From the NCBI GenBank assembly GCA_013265495.1, contig MU059403.1:1068960-1132959 (forward strand): DNA of 64,000 bases, read 5' to 3'. Below the pieces are notes generated by a model. That model had not been told where the DNA came from and made no database searches. It worked only from the letters and a program-made list of their open reading frames with translations. Position 1 is the first letter of the stretch. Each line of letters opens with the position of its first letter. Of the stretch, positions 1 through 12,470 are shown piece by piece. The DNA is from Vicugna vicugna. Taxonomy: Eukaryota. A program made the translations under genes and the position numbers.

Positions 1-819
1 AACTGAGATCAGGAGGGAAAGCCAGGCGAGAAGGCGGCGTTACTGCTTAATAGTGTTACTACGTCAGTAGCGGGGGTGGGGGGACACCCCGTGAAGAGGA
101 AGGTTGGTTCCCTCCCTCACTTGGGAACATGCTGTTTTATCCCTCACTGTCAGGGAAGAAACACTCAGACAACTTCAACCAGCCATCGTCTTTGTCCCAC
201 AAGAGCCACGTCTCCCTCAGTCCACTTCCTGGTCCCCTGAGCCCCGGCCCTGCGTCCTGCCCCTGCTGCGGGCCGCCCCAGCCCCGCACTCAGTCCTGCC
301 CAGCACTGAGGCTCCTGTCTTACCCACATGTTCACCAAATGAATCTCAAAAAACAGTGTTTTTCGACCAAGAGGAAAAGGACAAACTGCAAATCTGGGCG
401 TTGATAAAGTTGAGGAGAACCCCACAGAGCTGGAGGTGGGATGTAGCGCAGCGTTAAGGTGGAATTTGAAATTAAAACACCAAGATTAAATTATGGTCTC
501 TGGCTTACCCTGTAACCTTAAGTTACTTTTGATTTCCCTTGGCTGTATCTTTGCAATCTATTATTTCTGATTATTCAAAAACAGGTGCTTGCAAAGACAT
601 TACTTCACGTATTCTGTACAAAAGAAACATCGTTTGTTTTATGTGAACGTTCCCATTCTACTAATACTGAGCTTTTTCCGGTGGGATTTTCATCTTGTTT
701 ATGATTGCTTTTTAAAATACGGAACATGTGTAAAATATTGGCCGCTGCACCATTATGCTTAAAGACAGTTCACACTCATGCTCTCCGGTCGCAGGCCGAG
801 AGGGTAGGGGTCTCGGACC

Positions 820-1510
820 CATCACAAGACGAGCGCGCGTGGGAAAGCAGGGCGCAGCGCTCCCGGATACCCCAGTTCCTAGGTTAACTGTGTCAGCACC
901 GCTGCGCTGGATCGCGAAGCCTGGGCCCCGGTTCATCTCGGTAAGCTCCCCTTGGCGCCAGGCGTTGAAACCGAGGGAAACAAGCCCCCGTGACGACACC
1001 TCGTGGCGGGAGGCGGGCGGCTCCGCGAGGCGCCTGCGGGGCCCCCGGGCGCGCGCGCGGGGCGAGGGGGCGGGGCCTCACACACCGCAGGTCCGAGCGG
1101 GGCAGGACCCTCCTGNNNNNNNNNNNNNNNNNNNNNNNNNNNNNNNNNNNNNNNNNNNNNNNNNNNNNNNNNNNNNNNNNNNNNNNNNNNNNNNNNNNNN
1201 NNNNNNNNNNNNNNNNNNNGGGGGGCTCCCCCGGGACAGTGTTCACGACACAGCGCGTGCGCGGGAGGCCCCGCCCCGCCGCCGCGAGCCCGGCACGCCC
1301 GCGCCCTGGGGTTCCGGCTCGGCTGGAGACCTCGGCTCTGCGTGGGCCGGTCCGCCCCTGGCTGCCCTGAGCCGAGACGCCCGGGATGCAGGATCCAGGG
1401 GGCAAGCCGGCCGCGGTGTGCGTGCGCCCACGCGCATACCCACGCGTGCACGTACTTCTCTGCGCCTGTGGGTGATGTATGTAAGCCAGCGTGTGCGCGA
1501 CTGCGTGTAC
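820..1510. promoter_or_regulatory. CpG island / probable promoter (interrupted by assembly gap)
   Basis: Dense CG dinucleotides, GC boxes (GGGGCGGGGC ~1067, CCCCGCCCCGCC ~1269), consensus splice donors on + at 940/941 (TCG|GTAAGC) and 1480/1481 (TAT|GTAAGC). Confidence 0.75.
1116..1219. other. Assembly gap (N run) inside CpG island
   Basis: 104 N. Confidence 1.
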
Positions 1511-1545
1511 ACACGTATGTGGTGTAAGTGCACGAGTGTGTACAC
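1415..1545. repeat. Degenerate (TG/CG/CA)n alternating purine-pyrimidine tract
   Basis: gtgtgcgtgcgcccacgcgcatacccacgcgtgcacgtac...gtgtgtacac. Confidence 0.6.
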
Positions 1546-2002
1546 CGCTCTTCACGCCAATTTGTGCTGAACTTTATTCACCTGTTCAGCACAAAGCCAA
1601 GTGTCAGTGCCTGTGTGTCCCCAGCAGCCTGGATTTCGAAACAGATCGTAAATTCTCACGGAGTCAAAGGCCACTGTGGCCGCCTGCCACCTCTCCAGTC
1701 ACAAGCAGGGCGGCATGTTCCAAGGGCAGAGAAGGCAGAGGCTTGGAAAAACCGTGTGGGCTCCACACACACCCAGAGGTCAGGAACAGCCCACCAGTCA
1801 GTGAATTCAGGTTGTGTGGAAAGAGAAATATTGAAATTCCTTTCTGATTTTCTGAGTTCTGCAGAATTTGATGAAAGATGAAAGCAAGCGGGAGAGGGGT
1901 TGGTCCTAAAATGAATGTTAATGAAATGAGCTGAGCAATTCTCCCTGGTTCCCAGGGCCCCCAGGTGAACCCATCTTCCCTGTAAATTTCAAGAGTGCCC
2001 TT

Positions 2003-2215
2003 TAAAAAAAATGCTATTGAAGTGCAATCAGTTTATAACGTTGTGTCGATTTCCAGCTCACAGCACAGTGCTTCAGTCACACATGTACATACATGTATTT
2101 ATTTTCACATTCTTTTTCATTACAGGTTACTAGAAAGCATTGGATACAGTTCCCTGTGCTGTTCAGTAGAAACTTGTTGTTTGTTTATTTTATACATACT
2201 AGTTAGTATCTGCTC
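2003..2215 (-). mobile_element. LINE-1 3' UTR fragment, artiodactyl/camelid type
   Basis: attgaagtgcaatcagtttataacgttgtgtcgatttccagc...ttccctgtgctgttcagtagaaacttgttgtttgtttattttata resembles the reverse complement of the artiodactyl L1 3' end, and the same family occurs at 53402-53720. Confidence 0.85.
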
Positions 2216-2942
2216 TCATTTTAAATCAGGAGTTGAATTAGGAAGGGAATGGTATGGTAATTCTCTTTCTGATTGTCCCAAACCCATCCCAAAAGTCCTG
2301 TGGGCCCCCAAGACACTCCCAGGACATCCCACGTTCGTCTTTCATCTCCCTAAATTGGGGGCAGAGATGAACTGAACATCCTGACATGCCAGCGAGTTCA
2401 CCCGAGGCCAGAAAATTCCAAGATTTCTTTCTCTTGAGGCAACCCTAAACTTACCAGGGAATGATAGCGCTCAGTACCCCTGGCTGGCCACCCACAGCCC
2501 CACTCCTGGACACACCACAGCGACGCCCGCACCAGCTCACACAGCAACTGCTGCCCTGCGGGGACTTTTCAAACTACTCGTTAACCACAGCTGCAATGAA
2601 AGAACATTGCTCCAGCCCTGACCACAGTGCACAAAGCTGAAAACAGGCAGCACTGCCACGGTCAGGAGGGTGCGGGCCGAGAGAGGTTTCACTTTAATCA
2701 GCATACCTTGTACAAAGCGGGAAGGAGAAACAACTTAAGAGCAGATCGCATATCAGATTGAATGGTGATTAATCCATTGAGGAAACAGCAGAGAAGCAGC
2801 ACCACAGGCCCGCTGCAGACACAAAGGTTTGGGAAGAATCACCTGAAGCATCGGAGAGAATCAGCTGACTTACAATGAAGAGTGCTGTGCATTCAGCATC
2901 AGTTTTAAGCTGTGTGTTTCACATCCTTTCTATCAGAAAGGC

Positions 2943-2944
<2 letters not shown>

Positions 2945-2987
<43 letters not shown>
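2945..2987. repeat. (CA)21 microsatellite
   Basis: Perfect dinucleotide run. Confidence 0.98.
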
Positions 2988-2989
<2 letters not shown>

Positions 2990-3229
2990 CTGGGGAGAAC
3001 CAGTTGTTAAGACACTTGCCAGCACTCCCGGCCCCACCCCCAGCCCTCCCTCCTACATACTCTTCCCTGATCTTAAAAATAAATTTCCTGGCATCAGAGC
3101 AGGGACTAATCCCATCCAAGTTTCGAGGATCTTGAGTGAAGGAGCCATTGTCTTGCCTTGGAAATCTTCCAGAGCCAGAAACATACCTATTTCACTTTGT
3201 TCAACTTGCACCTGGGGCTGAGAGGGGCG

Positions 3230-4673
3230 CTGGCTGCCGGCTGCAACGCTTTATTAACATTTCAGAAAACAGCATTATTTCTGCGATTCGTTGATGTATG
3301 AGTTTATAGAAAGTGACTTTAAAGCGATAACCAGTTTTGCTTCTTCAATCAGATTCTGTACCTTTTACATCCGTGCAATGCTGTCTTTTGAAATGGTTCC
3401 CTCAGGAAGCCCCTCACTGACACCAGTCTTGTTTCCAGAGCTTGAAGCACTTTTGGAATCCCCCTTTGGACCTGACTTCAGGACAGCGTGTGACACACCT
3501 AAGTAACCCAATCTTATTTCTGCATTTTTCACCAAAAAGCATGTTATCCGGCCTTATCACTCACTCTATTTACCCCAAAAGTTCCAAACAGAAGTATCTG
3601 CCTGGTTGTACAAGGAAAATCCAATTTCAGAGTTAAAAAACTTGACACTGTGGAGCAGGGTGGCATAAAATAAGAAAAATATTTTATACCTAAGACATGT
3701 TGTCTGGGCCACAGAGCCAAAACAAAGCAAATCCCGGAGGAAAGTCCCCCAGAATTCCCAGGACTTTCTGAGCTACATCTCATTCATTCGAATAAGTGTG
3801 TCACCTCCCAGGGCGCCTGGGTGGTCTGGGAGGCGCTGCTGGGGACGTCAGACTGGCATCATGGTCTCTGAGTTGTTCTCAGCTGGAGCAGGCGGGGAGC
3901 CCTGGGGCTGGATCTCCTGCGGGTGCCCGGCCTGCTCCAGGACCCCCGGGAGCAGGCGAGGGTGGGCGCCTTCGCAGCCCCCGTCATTCAGCTCTCTGAG
4001 GGTTGCTACTGTATCTCCTGTGTGACTCCAGACGCCAGCCCGGGTTTCAGAGAAAGGTTCTCACTGCTCCATCCTCGGAAAAAGAGCCCTCGCCAGCCGG
4101 GCAGAGAGATCCCGCCAGGCTGCGGGCCTGAGCGACTTCATTCGGTAACCCTCCCTCCCCAGAGACGGAGCGCCGAGCCGCGAGCAGACACGCTTGGCGT
4201 CCTCGGTCAGAGTGTGGACGGGGTGGAGCCCTCAGTGACCCCAACAAGAGAGTCCTTGTGAGTCAGGGAGGTCAGGGCAGCCCTGGCCTGGCGTGTCCTC
4301 CGCCTGCCTGTCCTACACCCGCCAGGCCCGACCAAGCCCAGAGCCAAGGTGAAGCCAGACACCTCCCCGCTTGCCCTTGAGCTCTTGACCCCATACACCG
4401 GGAGGAGGGCACTTGCCCCGCACACGTGGCGCCAGGCTCCCTTCAGGCTGTCCCAGCGCTCGCCTGTGCTCCCTGGATGGGGCGTGACTCCTGGGACCAC
4501 GGACGGGGCACCGACACGGGCCACTCGGACATGCAGGGCAGGGAGAGAGGCTTGCAGGCTGTCGAGTACCTTCAAGTCCATGAAAGCTGAGGGATCGTTC
4601 CACCTCAGTGGGGAGTTCATGCAGACTCTGAACAACCGTGCCCAGAGCGAAAAAGAGCCTTCGAGGTGCCGCA
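3230..4673 (-). other. Candidate terminal exon (acceptor at 4673, AATAAA at 3255-3250) of an unidentified minus-strand transcript
   Basis: Acceptor ctctgcgtttcgtttgggtgtactttcag|TGCGG; U-rich UTR-like sequence 3250-3800 on minus; AATAAA in gttAATAAAgcg; two frames stay open after the acceptor (to stops at 4313 and 4207) but neither product is recognised. Confidence 0.4.
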
Positions 4674-5256
4674 CTGAAAGTACACCCAAACGAAACGCAG
4701 AGTTAGGGTACAGCTGTACAGAAACAGGCCGTCTGTGTGCGCTGAGAACTCACGCGGTGAGGGTGACATTTTCAAATCACTGCCTGCTTCGTGGATGGTC
4801 TGCTGGGACTGAATGACAACCTTTGAGGTTAGGATGAAAAAAAAATCATGTTAGGAGCAGTTAATAAAATTGAAAGTCACAGTATCTACATGGCACCGAG
4901 TGTGTGTTGAGAAATTTCTAAATCGTAGAGATTTTGAGAAACAAGGGAGACGCAGTCTGGCTGGACCTGGATGCTAACGTCACGGGAGCCACCTAAACCA
5001 CCTGATGGGGGCGCTGTCAGCGTGACACCGGGCCGGACTTAGCTCTGTGCCGCTCCCCTACTTCGGCTCCCAGCCCTGGACCTGGGAGTGGGAGACGGGC
5101 CGGGTGGTCATGCGGAATGTCCAGGGCTGCTGTCACTCAGGCTACAAGCAGCTCATGTGCCGGCCTGAATCCCGGGGACCTGCCTCGTCTAAGCCTGTAT
5201 TTTTAAACTGGGATTTCCTTCTCCTTCTGTGACTTATCATTTAAAATATACCTGTT

Positions 5257-5447
5257 ATGTTAGTCGCTCTGGCTGCCTTAACAGAGAGCCGCAGACGGGG
5301 CAGCTGCGACAACAGGCACTTTCTCTCAGTCAGAAGGCTGGGTGTCCGCGACCAGGGCACCAACAGTTTGGTGCCTGGTCAGGGCTCTCCCCCCCGGCTT
5401 TAGAGGGCTGCCATCTCCCTGTGTCCTCCACGACCTCTCCCTGTATG

Positions 5448-5485
<38 letters not shown>

Positions 5486-5665
5486 CTCTGGTGTTTCTTC
5501 CTGTGAGGACACTCATCCTGTTGGACCAGGGCCCCACCCAGATGACCTCATTTAACCTCCGTCACTGCCTCAGAAACCCCGTCAGCAGTGCAGCCACTGT
5601 GGGTGCTGGGGCTTCGACATACGCGCATGAATCTGGGCGGCCCACCAACCTCCGGTCCATCACAC
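5257..5665 (-). mobile_element. MaLR solo LTR, MLT1A/MLT1B-like
   Basis: tgttagtcgctctggctgcc...gggccccacccagatgacctcatttaacc...gggcttcgacatacgcgcatgaatctggg resembles MLT1A/B in reverse, including the internal GA run. Confidence 0.85.
5450..5483. repeat. (GA)17 microsatellite expanded inside the MLT1 LTR
   Basis: Perfect run. Confidence 0.97.
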
Positions 5666-5874
5666 CGGTGCAAAATAAGTAGATGGAGTAAATGGCATAT
5701 TTCCTTTTGCAGAATGAGTCATTCGTTTAAAATCCTGAGTTAAAGAATGCGTCCTAAGATGCCAGGCCAGGGGACCCTCCTGGCGGTTAACTGAGAGGCC
5801 CACAGTGTGTCCTCTTCTCACAAAGTTGTCTCAACAACACCTTTCTCTCTGGGTGTGTTATAAATTACAGTAGG

Positions 5875-6062
5875 AGTTGCAGCTGTCCACGGCTTCACAG
5901 CTCTACAAGGGGTACGTTCGTGTGTCTTGACTAGTTTAAAGCGTAAAGGAATCCGATGGACTTTGTTTCTCCGTTTTCTCAGGGGGAAACTGAGACTGCA
6001 AGTGTGTCTCCCACTCCTCAGCACTGGGGCTGGGACTCGAGTCCAGGGCTCTAAACCCCACG
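5875..6062 (-). mobile_element. MIR SINE
   Basis: Minus strand reads gtctcagtttccccctgagaaaacggag (MIR core cctcagtttcctcatctgtaaaatgggg) with colinear flanks. Confidence 0.65.
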
Positions 6063-7955
6063 CTGTCCTGCCCTGAGCGGCCACCACATTCATCAGGCGT
6101 GTCCAGAGACGCTGAGATTCCTCGTGAAGAGGTGACTGCGCTCACTCAGAGGAGAACGCTCCAAATCTGTATCCAGTCTCGGGAAACGAAGGGCCTGGTT
6201 CTTCGGGAGACGTTTGCGCGGCTCTGGTCTGAATAGGAAGTGAACAGAGAGCCCGCAGCAGGCGGGACGGCGGCCGGCCCCCCCAGCCAGGTGCCCCTGG
6301 GTGGCCTGCGTTCCCAGGGACTGGCTCGTGGTTTCATGATGAACAAGAGGCCCTTTCACAAACGGCTGCTTGCAGACTCCACCTTCCGACCATATCCCCA
6401 GAGGCTGAGACAGCAGGGCTCCGATGACAGGACAGAGTGGCCGACAACAGGGTTTCTTTGGCCACTTCTGGGCCCAGGGCTTTGAGGCCCATCCCGGCCC
6501 ACGGTGGCCTCTGCGCGTACTGTCAGCCGCCGCTGCAGGTGCCCACCTGGCCCAGGCCGTCCTGCCTGCTTGGTGGCCCCACGGCTGCTCAGTCCCCCTC
6601 TGTCTCCCGAGTAGGGTCACTAGGAGCGCCTTCCAGTCTCTCACTCCCCAACCGTCTCCTGGGTGACTCGTCCACACCACCCGCCTCCAGTCTGATTTCA
6701 TCCCATCGAAGCCTCTGGCTATACTTTTCTCACGCCCCCCACACGGCCGCCCTCAGCAGAACCCCTCAGGCTCACCTCTGGATTTCTAACCTCACCCCCA
6801 ATGGCCCCCCACCACCTGCCCCCTCTCGGCACCTCCACAACCCACCTGCTCAGGCAGAGAGCCGTGGTCACACTCCACCTCCATCCCACACCCAACCCTG
6901 CACCCCGACCTGCACTCCGACAGCCACCCTGTTTTCCTGCCCGGCCACATTCAGCACCCACGCGCTGGCTGTGGTCCAGACAGTTCCCGCCTGACCAGCA
7001 AGCGACGCTTCCCCCTCCGGCTCTCCCCCGGACAGCGTGCTCACCCTATGGGAGCCAGAGATTTGAGATACAAATCAGATGTCATCATCCCCGGGGCGTG
7101 AACTGTTCAGGGGTTCCCACCTCACTTGGAATAGACAGGACAGCTGCTCATCTCCCTCCACACCCCACACCCTGCGCCCCCGCCCCACGCACCTCCCCGG
7201 GGCGGCCAGGTGTTCTCCACTGGGCACAACGAGCCGGTCCAGCCTCGTGCCATGGTTCCTACCTCCTGAGAGTCTCTTCCCCCGACGCCCACATCCTGGT
7301 CCTTATCTGCCTGCATTTGCTCAAAGAGCATCCCCCCCCACCCACAGCACCCCTCCCCATCATGCTCTGACCTGTTTCTCGGCTGGGTTACCTGCGTAGC
7401 CCTGATTCCAGGCTGCGCTGACATCAGTCACCTCGTTCCTCGCCCGCCCTCCCGCCAGGATTCAGGTCCTATGGGAACAGGCATCTGGTGAGGCTGTGGT
7501 CCCTGCAGGAACCACACAAGTGAATGAGGGGTAGGAATTCCCAGAGACTGCGAATTTCTCGATGGCAGGAATCCTTTCCTGGGGTCCCCTGTCTTCTTGT
7601 GTTTCCCTGCAGCAGACGGCTCGCGACGGATTCTCCAACCCTGGATGCCCAGCAAAGGGCGCTCTCAGACAAGGCCTGCTGGCTGCACACAGCCCTGCCT
7701 TCCACACCCCAGCCTCCCTCGCTGGCCGGCGCCACGGAAGACCTGGTTCCGAGCATGGCTTGTCTCCTGTGGGTGTGGCACGTGGAGCGCGCACAGCTGG
7801 AGGGCGGAATCACCGTGCTCCATGACGCCTTTGCAGACAAAAGTGCAGGGGGGTGCAGGGTTTGGGGGGTGTCGTGAGAGTGGGCCAGGGGTGAGGAGGC
7901 TCAGGTGTGATTCTGGATTCTTCCGGGGCCTTCTGACTGGCAGTGGACACGTCGG

Positions 7956-8508
7956 CTAATTTCCGGGGCCTTGGCTGCTCCTGGAATCAGCAGAGCGGTG
8001 CTCCTCGGGGCTGAAGCTGCGACTCCGCGTGCTGCTGAACATCATCCGGGCGCCGCTGCGAGCGGTCAGAGGGGCGCCGGGGAGGGAACCGGTGGTGACC
8101 GTCCTCGTGGGCAGATGTGACGCCTGCCCATTCAAGGCCGTCAGTGACAGGTGGTCTGAGCCTTGAGGCCAGAAGATCCGGCTCCTGTCAGCGGGCCCCC
8201 TTGCTCGGGCAGGACTTGTATGTCCAGGCTCCAGCTCCCTGTCTGCATACTGGGGGCCTTCCCCGCCCCGGGCTACGATGAAGGCCAAGGTACAGAAGAG
8301 CACACAGAAGAGCTTTGGCGATGGTAAGTCAGCACATAAATACGAGGTTACTGCTGGGGGAGAGCCACTGCCCACGCACCGTGCTGGCCCGTTACCCCTG
8401 CTCAAGATGGGCTTGCCTCCTGCAGCATCTGTTACTCTTCCCTCCAGCCAGGGAAGGGACGCGAGGCCCCGAGGTCTCCCGGGGTGTGTGTGAGGAGGCC
8501 GGTGGGCT
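7956..8508 (-). CDS. Possible coding exon of unknown product with one hydrophobic segment (LFCVLFCTLAFIVA)
   Basis: Acceptor gtcttggtgtccatttcctctgaccgcag| at 8508, open to TAG at 7956 (part of the 229-aa ORF); no homology recognised. Confidence 0.2.
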
Positions 8509-11500
8509 CTGCGGTCAGAGGAAATGGACACCAAGACTGACGGAGTCGTCTCTGCTCCTGTGACTGTGTGGCCAGTGATCTCGGGCAGAATCAGAGCAAA
8601 GTGGAGTGAGGGTGCGCACAGGACAAAGCAGAAGTCCGTGAGCACTTCACATTCTAGAACATTCTACTATTCCTGAACATGCTCACGCATGTCACGTACC
8701 AGGGCTGTGTCCGTCTCAGAGACGGGCAGCCGCGCGGGGTGAGCAGCTGCTGGCAGGGTGAGCCCCGCCTAGTCCCGTCCCCTCCCTGCCATCAGCCACC
8801 TGGGGTCCCACAGCAGGACCCCCTCTGCTCTCCCAGGCGTGGGCAGCCGAGCTGAGCCTTGCGTTTCGGCAGGAGCTCCGTTAGATAACAAAGCTCCCCT
8901 CCCTCATGAAGCAGGGCTTCCCTCCTCCATCTGTCCTGAAATGAGCTCTCAAGTGCCCTCACGTCCCTGACCAGGGAGCACGTGTGTTACTGCTGCTTCT
9001 CCAATGGCACCGTGTCTGTGATGTCCTGGTGTGGACCAGGCTCAGAGATGGGAGACCCAGGTGCCAAGGGTGCCTTCCACAAACCTCCTTGGTCTCGTGG
9101 GGAGGCCCCTGGATGCTGGAGTTTATGCTCGAAGACCGGATGAACAGGCAAACATCTGCTCAGTGACGCAGAGGCCACCTGTGCTGGTGTCTTAGCAGAA
9201 GGAGCTGTCACTGGTCTCTGCATGTTGATTTTGAAAATTATCTCATCCATTGAGGGGGAAACTGTGATTTCGTCAAACACCAGTGCACTTCTGCCCTTAC
9301 TTCCTAATCACAGCACTAAGTAGCAACACAGGACATTTTCTTTCACTGAATTTCGGGCCAAGCCATGTACATGAATGAGACAGCAGCATGACACAGCTTT
9401 CTGGGGACAGTGGCTGTCTCTGAATAAGCCTCATTTGTCATCCTTGTCTGTACTTGGCTCTTCTTGCCGTTCAGAGACACAACTCTCCCCAGAATATTGT
9501 ATTTCTGTTTATTGCTGCTTCTGTGGTCTCTTCCCCCCTCCCCCTCCCCTGCCTAACTCTAAAAAGCTGGACCAGGGAGGAAGACGCCCAACGTCTGACT
9601 CCCGTGCTTTTCCGGCTCGTTGCTTTTGTCTGACGCCTTCTGCATCTGCTCCGCCTTTGCAGCCTGTAAGGCTCTGCGGGGGATGTGGGCCTGGAGACTG
9701 GGTCCTGACCTCAGAGAGCTCCAGGGCATGGGGCCAGAGGCTCGTGAGCAGCTGCAGGTCCAAAGCACCAGCCCCTGCAGACCCCGGCACAGCGGCCTCG
9801 GGAGCAGAGCAGACACTCAGCCCTTCACACAGAAGCTGACCTCGCATCACAGTGAATTTCAGAACACAAGTGGACGGCTGTCTGGCTGACCTGGAGCCCT
9901 GACCGGCCGGCACAGACAAATATTGTCCCCTGCTGTCTCCTGGGTCCCAGCTCCCCCTCCCGTGTCCCCGGGGGGGGGGCGGGTGGAAGTGGAAAGGCCA
10001 GAAGCTTGGTCAGACAGGAAGTAGTTGATCCCTTGAGCACATTTTCCAAAAACAGCACGTTTTCCAGAAACCATCTTCAGAGGTAATGCGTTGTCATGGC
10101 AACTGGGAAGGTAGGATGACAAGATGCTAGAGGCGGCAGAGTGCGAGTGAGGCTGGCCAGCAAGGGTGGGCGCAGGCGTGGATGCTGCGAAGCATCCCCA
10201 CTGGCTGGGCCCGGGGACAGGGACTGCCCACAGCCCACCCCCTGCAGCCTGGCCGCGTGGATGAGCTGCAGGGACTCTGGGGAAGCCCAGTAGAAGGTCT
10301 TGCCCTCTCCCCTACACCCGGGGTGGGCTGCACTTGGGCTCCCACGTTCACAGGAAGGAAGGGGCGGGCCTGCAGAACTGCTGGCCATGAGACTAGGGGG
10401 CTCAGTGCCACGAAGCACCAGCCCCACAGAGGCCCCCACCCTCTGGAGGAGCCAGGGCCAGGCTGCGCTGATTGCTGTGAAGACACACAAGCGACTTGCA
10501 GACACCAGCCAAGGAATCCAACACCTTTCTGCTCACGGAGTGCAGTAAGCATATGGGTCCCCTCAACTCGGGACTGACCTACCAGGGCTGCCCACGTGGG
10601 TACTGCAGGCCTCGTCCCACACCAACCCGCCAGCCAACGTGGCCCCTCTCGTGGACAGGGACACACAGGGCATGCAGGGACCATGGCCCAAGTTGGAGGA
10701 GGCTGACCTCGACCCCTCCCGTGGGTCCTGAGGGTCCCGGATGCCGGACACACACGCAGGCTCCGCGGGCCACGACCACACACCTCTCATCCTGTGGTCC
10801 AGGAGGAGCAGTGAGCCCCCCCCACTTGGCACGAATGGGCTCTTCTTAGTCACACAATTAAAGGATAAATGGGGAGCCTCGCTGGAGTGGCCAGCGGGAT
10901 CCTGGGAGAACCCAACGTGTCTGTTTCTGGCCTCCCCTCTCCCTGTGCTCCTCGCAGGGCCCCCTACACCCCACCGTGAGCCAGAAGGATCTCAGACCCC
11001 TGGTCCCTGCCCGGGCCTCACGGGAAATCTGGCAACTCCCTTTGGCTTTTTCTCAGGAATTCCTGTGTCATGCTTTCCCCTGACCTCGACAGGGCAGGGC
11101 TGGTAGCAGGCCAGAGACATCACCCCCTGAACATCCGGCTTCCCCCCAAGGCCCGGACCGCCTGCTCTGAGCCTCCACCCTGAGGGCTGTTACGTCGCCC
11201 AGCTCCACATCCCGGTGGCGGAAACGGGGCTCCCATCAGCACGGGTGGCCTGGAGCGGTGACCTTTCCTCTCCACCCTGGCCTTGCTGCAGGCGGGAGGT
11301 GACACGCACGGACGCAGAGGCCACGAATGATCCCGGGAAGCATTCGAGGGGAACCATCTTCAACCAAAAGGAGGTGGAACGACACTGCAGGCACGAGAGG
11401 CGTCAGGCGCGGGGCGGGGCTGAGCGCCCGAGCCCACGGAACCTCAGCGTCCTTGTGTTTTCTCCTCCTGGCTGAAAGGAGCTGAGCCAGAAGTCTGCGG

Positions 11501-12277
11501 GGGAAGAGTCCAGGTGCTCACCCCAGGGAGCAGAGACAGGCCTTGTCCTGAGAAAGCCTCATCGTGGAAGACCCCTCCTCCTCGTCCCAGAAGCATGCGT
11601 GCTCATGACTTCAGGCAAGGTGGCTGCTCTGAACCGTTCTAATTGCCCACAGCAGTGAAATCGGAAAGACCTCCTTTTCATCAAGATGTTTCCTAAAAGC
11701 ACACAAACCTTCCAAGTTTCCCACAGAGGGAAGGGCTGAAAACACAAGATTAATACAACGTAAGCATTAGGCAGAGTTCTTACTAAGCATCTAAGGAGCT
11801 GCAAGAATGCAGACATCCTTCGCAGAAACTGGGTGCAACGTGAACAGCTGTGATCCGTGTCCCAGTGACATCGACACACTGAACGTCCACCAACAGTGAC
11901 AAAGCCCAGGGCCACGTTGAGGGAGTTGGACAGTTTCGCTAACATAGGCTGATCAGAATTTAAGACAACAATTTGGCCAGCCCAAGTTGACTGCTGTTCT
12001 TTGGAAGTAAGCAAATGACAAAATCCAAATTGCTGTTCAAAGTGGTTTAAAAAAAAATCCAGATGCTGAGGCTTATGGCAACTGTGGGCCTCCTCAGAAG
12101 TCCAGGGTCAAGTCAAAATAACCTCATATACACAGGGCAAGCTGACCAGTTTTTCATAAAGCTTTTCATCTTAGTTCCACTATGTAGTCTAATATAGAGT
12201 TTATCTTGTTCTCTATTTAGTATGGAAATGTACACAGAAGCCTATTTGAATTTAAGGCACTGCAGTCTCCTTACAGT

Positions 12278-12470
12278 CATCGTCACCAATATCACCACCA
12301 CCATCCTCACCATCCTCACCACTGTCATCAGCAGCAGCATCACCACCATCATCAGCAGCATCACCACCATCACCATCACCACCATCTCCATCATCACCAT
12401 CAGCATCATCACTACCATCACCATCCCCAGCATCAGCATCACCATTATCACCACCATCATCACATCATTA
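12278..12470. repeat. Degenerate (CAT/CAC/CAG)n triplet repeat
   Basis: catcaccaccatcaccatcaccaccatctccatcatcacc...; explains the T/I-rich and M/V-rich ORFs on both strands. Confidence 0.95.

Noticed and set aside
7921-7972. TTCCGGGGCCTT repeated 40 bp apart
   Set aside because: Only 12 bp, two copies, spacer unrelated to flanks; no array
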